This document shows positions 47,473 to 55,342 of a DNA stretch of 55,342 bases, one piece after another. Position numbers and translations under genes: made by a program. The DNA comes from an uncultured Spirochaetota bacterium (GTDB lineage Bacteria; Spirochaetota; Spirochaetia; SZUA-6; Fen-1364), in the NCBI GenBank assembly GCA_963745235.1, contig CAVUXE010000069.1:1-55342 (forward strand). Reading direction: 5' to 3'. Each line of letters starts with the position of its first letter. The stretch's first letter is position 1. The notes under the pieces are model-generated. The model had not been told where the DNA came from, searched no databases, and saw only the letters and a program-made list of their open reading frames with translations.

Positions 47473-48851
47473 GCGCTATTCCTCCTTTCCTTCTGGAGCG
47501 GCTCAGCCAGTTTGTTGCTGCGCGCATGGGGCTGCATTTCCCGCAGGAACGATGGGGAGACCTCGCGAACGGCCTCGCTTTGGCAGCTAGGGAGCATGGG
47601 CTGAAGGATGTAGAGGAATACGCTCAGTGGCTCTTGTCGGCCGCACTCACACGGCGCGAGATCGAAACTCTGGCGAGCCACCTGACTGTGGGCGAAACGT
47701 ACTTTTTCCGCGAGAAAAGGAGCTTCGAGATTCTCGAAGATGAGGTCATCCCGGAGCTGATCCGAGCTCACCAAAGGGGCGATCAGAGGCTGCGGATCTG
47801 GAGCGCGGGATGCTGTACCGGAGAAGAGGCCTATTCGGTCGCAATGCTCCTGGACAAGATGATTCCAAACCTTTTCGACTGGAACGTTACCATCCTTGCA
47901 ACGGACATCAACCCAAAGTTCCTCGAATCGGCCTCTCTCGGCATCTACGGGGAATGGTCTTTCCGGGCAATTCCTCCGGGCATCAGAGAACGCCACTTTT
48001 TGTCACTGTCCGATGGAAAGACGCAGATATCACGGCGGATTCGCCACATGGTGAGCTTCTCCTTACTCAACCTTGCCGAAGACCTCTACCCTTCCCTGCT
48101 GAACAACACGAATGCCATGGACGTCGTGCTGTGTCGGAATGTTCTCATGTATTTCACCGCGGAACATGCCGCCCGGGTCGTTGAAAATCTCCACGCTGCG
48201 CTCGTCGACAACGGATGGCTGCTTGTCGCGCCGAGTGAAACGTCGCAGATCCTTTTCTCACGCTTCACGATCGTCAACTTTCCCGATGCGATTTTCTATC
48301 GCAAGTCTTCGCTCTCTCCTCCCAGCTTCGCGAACCCCGATGCCGCACCGTCCACTGTCGTTGAACCCTCCGCTCTTCCGAAGCCGACGCCCTCTCCCGG
48401 CGTGAGTCGGCGTGAAGAACGCTATTTCTCCGCCGGCCCTCGGGATACGGACCCTCCGATTCTAATGGCACAGATTCTGGCAAATCGTGGAGAGCTCACG
48501 GAAGCGCTCGCATGGTGCGATCGGGCCATATCAGGCGATGTCCTGAACCCCACGCACCGCTTCCTGCGTGCGATAGTAGCGCAAGAGTTGGGAAGGCTCG
48601 ATGAGGCAAAGAGGTCCCTCGAACAGGCGTTGTACCTTGATCAGGATTTCGTCATGGCGCACTTCGCGCTTGGCAACCTCACGAAGAGAATTGGCCGACA
48701 CGTGCTTTCGCGGAAGCATTTCCGCTCCGCTTTGAGACTGCTGCAACGACTGGAACCGGATGCGCCGGTACCCGAATCCGCCGGGCTTACCGCAAGCCGG
48801 TTGACCGAGATCATGCAATCGACGTCGGAGGGAGTTACGGAAATCTCATGA
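47469..48851 (+). CDS. cheR: CheR methyltransferase with TPR (WspC-like)
   Basis: TVGETYFFR, WSAGCCTGEEAYS and CRNVLMYF; C-terminal TPRs (ALYLDQDFVMAH). Confidence 0.93.
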   Translation: MSAIPPFLLERLSQFVAARMGLHFPQERWGDLANGLALAAREHGLKDVEEYAQWLLSAALTRREIETLASHLTVGETYFFREKRSFEILEDEVIPELIRAHQRGDQRLRIWSAGCCTGEEAYSVAMLLDKMIPNLFDWNVTILATDINPKFLESASLGIYGEWSFRAIPPGIRERHFLSLSDGKTQISRRIRHMVSFSLLNLAEDLYPSLLNNTNAMDVVLCRNVLMYFTAEHAARVVENLHAALVDNGWLLVAPSETSQILFSRFTIVNFPDAIFYRKSSLSPPSFANPDAAPSTVVEPSALPKPTPSPGVSRREERYFSAGPRDTDPPILMAQILANRGELTEALAWCDRAISGDVLNPTHRFLRAIVAQELGRLDEAKRSLEQALYLDQDFVMAHFALGNLTKRIGRHVLSRKHFRSALRLLQRLEPDAPVPESAGLTASRLTEIMQSTSEGVTEIS

Positions 48852-49450
48852 GCGCACAAAGAATCGATTGGGCGGAGATCCATCAGCGGATGGCGGCGGC
48901 TGAGGCGGCGATCGCGCGCAATGGACACGCCACGCACGATGAAACCCTGGCGATTCTGAAGGCGCGGGCAAAAGCCCTTGCGCGCAAGATCGAGGGAAGT
49001 TCACGGGAAGAGGCGTCGCTCGAGGTAGTGTGCTTCCTACTTGGGCAGGAAAAATATGGCATCGAATCGCGCTACGTTCGTGAGGTGTGCCCATTGAATG
49101 ATCTGACACTTCTGCCCGGAGCGCCGTCCTTCGTCCTGGGCATTGTAAACATGCATGGGAAAGTCCTTTCCGTCATTGACATCCGGGAGTTCTTCGATCT
49201 GCCGCAAAGAGGAGTAGGCGATCTGGACCGGCTCATCGTTCTCCAACACGGCTCGATGGAGTTCGCTCTCTTTTGCAATGCAATCCTCGGGGTCGTCGAA
49301 GTCCCAACGAGTGAGTTGCAGTCCGGCCTTCCCACGTTGACAGATCTTCGCGCGAAATATCTCAAGGGAGTCACCGGGGATCGCGTAGCCATACTTGACG
49401 GAGCGAAGCTTCTCTCAGACGAAAAGATGATCGTGCGGGAAGAAGCATGA
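48848..49450 (+). CDS. cheW: CheW coupling protein (WspD-like position)
   Basis: ILKARAKALA N-terminal helix; LPGAPSFVLGIVNMHG. Confidence 0.9.
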   Translation: MSAQRIDWAEIHQRMAAAEAAIARNGHATHDETLAILKARAKALARKIEGSSREEASLEVVCFLLGQEKYGIESRYVREVCPLNDLTLLPGAPSFVLGIVNMHGKVLSVIDIREFFDLPQRGVGDLDRLIVLQHGSMEFALFCNAILGVVEVPTSELQSGLPTLTDLRAKYLKGVTGDRVAILDGAKLLSDEKMIVREEA

Positions 49451-49495
49451 GTTGCGTCCCTCTTATTGGCGGACGGCAAGGCAAGGAGCGGGGAA

Positions 49496-51250
49496 ATGAA
49501 ATGGTCGATCGGCGCAAAAATCAGTGGCGGCTTCGCGCTAGGCTTGGCGATCCTGGTCGTTCTGGGTGTGGTCTCGTATCGAGATTCGAAAGGGCTGATC
49601 GCCTCGGCCGACTGGGTCACGCATACCTATCAAGTCCTTGCTGGGCTGGAGCGGATTATCAAGTTGATGGACGACGCGGGGACGAGCGAGCGCGGCTTTG
49701 TCATTACGGGGGCTGACCTATTTTTGGAGCCCTATACCGCCGGGAGCGCGAATGTCGGAGCGCTCGTGAAGGAAGTGCGTCAGCTGACCTCCGACAACCC
49801 TGCCCAGCAGAAACGGCTGGATGCGCTGGAGCCGCTTATCGCCTCACGGCTGGAAAACGTCAAAGCCATTGTCGACGCCCGGCGAACGGCTGGTTTCAAA
49901 GCTGCGCAGGAGATGGTCGCCACAGGACAAGGCGAAAGGATCATGGACGAGATCCGACAGATGATCGCGGCGATGGCCGACGAGGAGAATGGTCTGCTGA
50001 AAGAGCGGGACGCGGCGTCAAAGGCAAGCGCCGGTGTGACCGTGTCGGTCATTCTGTACGGCATCCCGCTTGCATTCCTTCTCCTGGCCGTCGTGGCCGT
50101 GCTCCTGATCCGCAACATCTCGATTCCTCTTGGGAATATCACGAGAACGGCAGAGAAAATCGCCCGAGGCGACCTTCAAGGCACGATTGATTTGCCGGAA
50201 CGGCAGGATGAGATCGGCATTCTCTCTCGGACATTCCGTAGGATGGCTGTCTTCCTTCAGGAGAAGGCGGAGTCGGCAAGGCAGATCGCCGAAGGCAACC
50301 TCACCACCAGGGTCAACTCTCTTTCCGACAGTGATGTACTGGGGAGGGCTTTTGCCGACATGGTGGCAAACCTCCGGCGCATGACGCGCGAGCTGCAGGA
50401 GGGGATCGGGACGTTGGGGACCTCAGCAAGTGAGATTCTGGCTACCACGACGCAGATTGCCACCGGAGCCGCGGAGACGGCCACTGGGGTCAGCGAGACG
50501 ACCACCACGATGGAAGAGGTCAAGCAGACGGCACAGGTTGCAAGCCAGAAGGCGAAGTCAGTGATGGATGGGGCGCAGCGCTCAGTGCAGGTCTCCCAGG
50601 CAGGCAAAAAGGCAGTGGAAGAGACACAGGGGGGGATGAACCGCATTCAGGAACAGATGGAGCTCATCGCGGGCAGCATCGTGCGGCTGAGCGAGCAGAG
50701 CCAGGCCATCGGGGAGATCATCGCCACGGTGAACGACCTTGCTGAGCAGTCGAATCTGCTTGCAGTGAACGCGGGTATCGAAGCGGCGAAGGCAGGGGAA
50801 CAAGGCAAGGGATTTGCGGTGGTGGCGCAGGAGGTCAAGAGCCTCGCGGCCCAGTCCAAGCAGGCCACGGCGCAGGTGCGGGGGATCCTGGGGGAAGTGC
50901 AGAAGGCAACCAGCGCTGCGGTGATGGCCACTGAGCAGGGCAGCAAGGTGGTGGAGGCGGGGGTGAAGCAATCGGCGGAAGTGAGTGAGGCCATTCGACA
51001 GCTGAGTGAGAGCATCGCCGAGGCGGCGCAGTCCTCGACACAGATTGCGGCCTCCAGCCAGCAGCAGGTGGTGGGTATGGACCAGGTGGCGCACGCGATG
51101 GAGAGCATCAAGGTGGCAAGTGCACAGAATGTTGCAGGCACGAAGCAGGCGGCGGTGGCGGCGCAGCAGCTTCACGACTTGGGAGAGAGGCTGAAGCAAC
51201 TCGTGGCACGATACCGGCTGGAGGAGCCAGGGGATGCCCGAGCCGGATAG
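49496..51250 (+). CDS. Methyl-accepting chemotaxis protein, CHASE3-HAMP
   Basis: WVTHTYQV...ERGFVITG...FLEPY...LTSDNPAQQ (CHASE3); [27 protein letters not shown]. Confidence 0.94.
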   Translation: MKWSIGAKISGGFALGLAILVVLGVVSYRDSKGLIASADWVTHTYQVLAGLERIIKLMDDAGTSERGFVITGADLFLEPYTAGSANVGALVKEVRQLTSDNPAQQKRLDALEPLIASRLENVKAIVDARRTAGFKAAQEMVATGQGERIMDEIRQMIAAMADEENGLLKERDAASKASAGVTVSVILYGIPLAFLLLAVVAVLLIRNISIPLGNITRTAEKIARGDLQGTIDLPERQDEIGILSRTFRRMAVFLQEKAESARQIAEGNLTTRVNSLSDSDVLGRAFADMVANLRRMTRELQEGIGTLGTSASEILATTTQIATGAAETATGVSETTTTMEEVKQTAQVASQKAKSVMDGAQRSVQVSQAGKKAVEETQGGMNRIQEQMELIAGSIVRLSEQSQAIGEIIATVNDLAEQSNLLAVNAGIEAAKAGEQGKGFAVVAQEVKSLAAQSKQATAQVRGILGEVQKATSAAVMATEQGSKVVEAGVKQSAEVSEAIRQLSESIAEAAQSSTQIAASSQQQVVGMDQVAHAMESIKVASAQNVAGTKQAAVAAQQLHDLGERLKQLVARYRLEEPGDARAG

Positions 51251-53460
51251 GGAGTTTCAGCAGCGACTCCTGGCGACCTTCAGGGGAGAAGCCGAGGAGC
51301 ACGTACGCGCCATCTCCGGCGGTTTGATTGAACTTGAGCAGACGCCCAGGCTCGCCGATCAGGCGGCGATCGTCGAGAAGATTTTTCGAGAAGCCCACAG
51401 CCTCAAAGGTGCTGCGCGGGCGGTCAACCTGAAGGAAATCGAGACTATCTGCCAGTCCCTGGAGGAGGTTTTCGCCCGGGCGAAGCGCCAGGAAATCGAG
51501 CTTTCAGCTGAAGCGCTTGACGTGACGCACCGCGCAGTGGATGAGATTGAACGCCTCATAGGGGAGCCTGGGCAGCAAGGGCTCGAGCAGGGGCCGCGAA
51601 GCAGTCGTGATCTGCCGGACCAGTTGCTATCCCTCTCCCGCGGCCCGGCTGGGATCGAGGCGCCCGCTGGACCTAGGATTGAGGTTACCATGCCTTCGGC
51701 AGGACAGGAGCCGAAAGTCGCAGCAGAGACCGTCAGAGTCCCCTCGGACCAGCTAGACCGACTGCTTCTCCAGGTGGAGGAACTTGTCCCGGAGAGCATG
51801 GGAGTGGCGCACAGCTCGGCCAGACTGCGGGAGCTGTTGGCCGACGTCTCACTGTGGAAACATGAATGGGCGAAGGTGCAGTTTGCCGCCAAAGCCCTGG
51901 ACAGACGGGGCACCGGACTGCGGAGGCTCTTCGAGTTCCTGGAATGGAATGACGAGTTTTTCAAGACCTTGGAAAGGAAGTTGAACAGTCTCTCCCGATC
52001 TTCGGAGCGTGATCAGCGCTCCCTGGGCGCGATGGTGGATTCCCTCCTTCGCGACACGAAACTGCTCCTCCTGCGTCCCTTTTCCTCGCTTACCGAAAAC
52101 TTCCCCAAGATCGCGCGGGACCTCTGCCACCAACAGGGCAAAGAGGTGTCACTCAGAGTGCGGGGCGCAGACATCGAAATTGACCGCAGGATCCTGCAGG
52201 AGATCAAGGATCCGCTCATCCATATTTTGCGTAACTGCATCGACCACGGTGTTGAGAAGCCCGAGGATCGCACGCGCGCAAAAAAAGCGCCGCAAGGCGC
52301 TATCATTATCGCTATCGAACAGAAGAGCGCCAATAGGGTGGAGATCGCGATCTCCGACGATGGTGCAGGGATAGATCCGCAGAGCGTGAGGGATGCGGCA
52401 GTGAGAGCGGGAGCGGTCTCCGCCGAATCCGTGCACGACCTTCGGGAGTCGGAAATCTTGCAATTCATTTTTCAGTCAGGCGTCTCGACAAGCCCGATTG
52501 TCACGGACATCTCGGGTCGAGGGCTGGGTATGGCGATCGTTCGCGAAAAGGTGGAGAGGCTCGGAGGAGAGGTCACCCTGGATACGCGCGTGGGGGCAGG
52601 CACCACGATTCGGCTATCGCTTCCCCTCACCGTAAGCACGGTGCGAGGACTCCTGATCCGCGTGGGAGAACAGAACTTCGTTATCCCCGTGACCTTTGTG
52701 GAAAGAGTCGCGTCGATGAGAAAGGAGTCGATTCAGACAGTCGAGAACCGGGCAACGGTGATGGTGGGAGGCCAGGCAGTGTCGTTTGTCCGCCTTCACG
52801 ATGTCCTGGACCTTTCTCCACCTGGATCGGGACGCGAAGACCCTGGGAGCCTGTCGATGGTCGTCCTTGCCGCCTCCGAGATGCGCATTGCCTTCTTGGT
52901 GGACGAGGTGATTGGCGAGGAGGAGGTCCTCATGAAGAGCCTCGGACCGCAGCTCGTGCGGGTGCGGAATCTTGGAGGAGCGGCTGTTCTGGATACGGGG
53001 AAGCTCGTGCCCATCCTGAACGTCGCCGATCTCATGAAGTCCGCCATCAAGACGACATCCCTGCCCGCTTCCCCGCAGGAGGTCCCGGCTTCCCGTAGAG
53101 GCTCGATTCTGGTCGTGGATGACTCTATCACTGCACGGACACTCTTGAAGAGCATCCTTGAGGCTGCTGGGTACCTGGTCAGGACGGCAGTGGATGGAGC
53201 GGAAGCCTTTGCGACCCTTCGCGAAATGGAGTTCGATGTCCTTGTCTCTGACGTCGATATGCCACGATTGAACGGCTTCGACTTGACCGCAAGGATCCGC
53301 TCGGATAAGAAACTGGCCGACCTCCCCGTGATCCTGGTCACCGCGCTGGAATCCCGAGCAGGACCGGGAGAGAGGAATTGATGTGGGAGCCAACGCCTAT
53401 ATCGTGAAGAGCAACTTCGAGCAAAGCAACCTACTCGAAGCCTTGCGTCGATATGTCTAG
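51234..53460 (+). CDS. cheA: Hybrid CheA (Hpt-HATPase-CheW-REC, WspE-like); 1-nt frameshift near 53355
   Basis: [21 protein letters not shown] and ILVVDDS. The shifted frame completes the receiver: [32 protein letters not shown]. Confidence 0.92.
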
Positions 53461-53465
53461 TCGAA

Positions 53466-54605
53466 ATGCGGGATGGGGAGGCCCGGCACGTGAAACCGAA
53501 ATTTCGGGTCTTGATCGTCGACGACTCGGTGGTCTATCGCGAGTTTCTCGCGCACATTCTCGCCTCCGATCCGCAGATCGAGATTGCGGGGGCAGTGCAG
53601 GACGGTGCGGAAGCGCTCGAGGCGGTGACCACCTTGCGGCCTGACGTGATCACCATGGACATAAACATCCCGGGGATGGACGGCTACGACGTCACCCGAA
53701 GGATCATGGAATCATCCCCGACACCGATCGTTGTGGTGAGCGCGGCTGATGACACTGGGGAAGTGGAAATGAGCTTCCGAGCCATGGAGTCGGGAGCTCT
53801 GGCGGTGGTCCCCAAGCCGCGCGGGGGCGATTCTCCCGTCTCTGTGTCGCAATCCAGGGAATTGGTCCTGATGGTAAAACTCATGGCAGAAGTGAAGGTC
53901 GTTCGGCGGTGGTCGCGAAAGATAGCTCCGCCGGCCGCGGTGACTGGTCCACAGGTTGCACGAGGCCTGGACGGAACGTTGCCCCGTCCGCAGCGAATGC
54001 AAAACGGCTCATGGCCATGCGAGGCGGTCCTGATCGGCGCCTCCACCGGCGGACCTCTTCCAATCAAGACAATCCTCTCTGTTTTGCCATTTGACTTCCC
54101 GGCGGCAGTGCTCGTGGTCCAGCACATTGCCGCAGGCTTCGGAGTTGGCTTCGCTGAGTGGCTGGGGGGCGAGTCACGACTCCCCGTACACGTCGCTCTT
54201 GAGGGAGAGCCCATCATGTCCGGCCACGTCTACATCGCCCCGGATGAGGCGCACATGGGAGTACGAGAGGGACCGCGCATCATCCTAGGGCATGGGGAGC
54301 CGGAGAATGGGCTGCGTCCCTCCGTCTCTCATCTTTTCCGATCTGCGGCGAAGATATACGGGAGAAAAGCAGTGGGCATCCTTCTATCGGGTATGGGCAG
54401 GGACGGTGCTGAGGAGTTGAAAGGTCTCAGAGACATAGGGGCCGTGACCTTCATACAGGATCGGGAGTCTTGTGTGGTTTTCGGAATGCCCGGCGAGGCA
54501 GCGAGGTTGGGCGGAGCATCGTACACCATGTCGCCGGAAGCCATTGCTTCGGCCATCGTGAACCTTGCAGAGTCGGGAAGCTTGATGGGGGGGACGGCAA
54601 TATGA
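53466..54605 (+). CDS. cheB: CheB methylesterase with REC (WspF-like)
   Basis: VLIVDDS; GASTGG, VQHI and GMGRDG catalytic Ser/His/Asp. Confidence 0.94.
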   Translation: MRDGEARHVKPKFRVLIVDDSVVYREFLAHILASDPQIEIAGAVQDGAEALEAVTTLRPDVITMDINIPGMDGYDVTRRIMESSPTPIVVVSAADDTGEVEMSFRAMESGALAVVPKPRGGDSPVSVSQSRELVLMVKLMAEVKVVRRWSRKIAPPAAVTGPQVARGLDGTLPRPQRMQNGSWPCEAVLIGASTGGPLPIKTILSVLPFDFPAAVLVVQHIAAGFGVGFAEWLGGESRLPVHVALEGEPIMSGHVYIAPDEAHMGVREGPRIILGHGEPENGLRPSVSHLFRSAAKIYGRKAVGILLSGMGRDGAEELKGLRDIGAVTFIQDRESCVVFGMPGEAARLGGASYTMSPEAIASAIVNLAESGSLMGGTAI

Positions 54606-54622
54606 GCGCGGAGTAGAAAGGT

Positions 54623-55342
54623 GTGACCACAACCGAGATCCTCATCGTGGAGGACAGCACGACACAGGCAGCGCAGCTCTCACACACACTGGAACAGGCC
54701 GGCTACATGGTTCGCGTTCCGGCAACGGAGCAGAGGCCCTCCAGGCGGTTCGGGAGGCTCGTCCCCACATCATCATCAGCGACGCAGTGATCCGGTCATG
54801 GACGGATACACAATGTGTCGAACAATCAAAGATGACGTGTCTCTCTGCCAGATACCCGTGATTCTCCTTACCTCACTTTCGGATCCCCAGGATGTCATCC
54901 ACGGAATCGAGGCCGGAGTCGACCACTATCTGACAAAGCCATATCAGACCGAGGCGCTCCTTTCCAAACTTGAAGCTGTGCTTTCCTTCACTCCGAACAG
55001 TTGCGATGCGGAAGAGCAGTTTAGCGTCACAGTCGCGGGCAGCACGCGCACGGTGCGATCCAGCCACCGTCGGCTGGTCAATTTGCTGCTGTCCACCTAC
55101 GAGAGTGCCGTTCGGCGCAACAAGGAGCTGATCGAAGCACAGGCGGAGCTGGAGGCCGCCAATAAGGAGCTCGAGGCCTTCGCATACGCGGTCTCGCATG
55201 ACCTTCGTGCGCCGCTGCGAGCACTCAGCGGCTTCAGCCATGCGTTGCGTGAAGATTACGGAGCAGATTTGAAAGGGGAAGCTCGCGGGTTCCTTGATCA
55301 AATCACCTTGGCCTGCGCGAAGATGGGCGAGCTGATCGACGG
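54623..55342 (+). CDS. REC-histidine kinase hybrid, partial; two apparent 1-nt deletions; not in the ORF track
   Basis: ILIVEDSTTQA / GNGAEAL...IIISDAV / PVMDGY...YLTKP...NKELEAFAYAVSHDLRAPL. Frame breaks at about 54719 and 54791; runs off the window end. Confidence 0.85.

Noticed and set aside
1-55342. CRISPR arrays, tRNA/rRNA genes, prophage or defence systems
   Set aside because: None seen: no spaced repeat arrays, no tRNA/rRNA signatures, and no cas, integrase or phage genes.

Overview
GC-rich bacterial window. The 'FAGGxxE' signal peptides on the sugar-binding proteins suggest Spirochaetia, but that is inference only. It has four parts. (1) 1-19.3 kb: a YesM/YesN-type two-component system with a binding protein, a stand-alone hydantoinase/oxoprolinase, and a divergent ROK-associated catabolic cluster. 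The cluster pairs AGE-family epimerase, non-pyrrolysine MttB methyltransferase, class III aminotransferase, Gfo/Idh/MocA oxidoreductase and NagB-like deaminase with a sugar ABC importer and two paralogous amidohydrolases. (2) 19.7-34.6 kb: a LarA-family epimerase, an IS66 remnant, two monosaccharide ABC systems around an EryC-like epimerase and a DeoR regulator, ending in a broken HEPN/MNT toxin-antitoxin pair. (3) 34.7-37.5 kb: Hsp20, a small eRF1-like protein, and a sodium:solute symporter behind a clear cobalamin riboswitch with terminator. (4) 37.6-55.3 kb: a signalling region with a 7-PAS kinase carrying a recent 390-bp internal duplication, NarL-type kinases and regulator, and a Wsp-like chemosensory operon whose output gene is a REC-histidine kinase. 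The best candidates for undescribed biology are the MttB-containing amino-sugar cluster (Lys at the pyrrolysine position) and the B12-riboswitch-controlled SSS transporter. All family assignments come from motif recognition by eye, with no database searches. Frameshifts near both window ends may be assembly errors.
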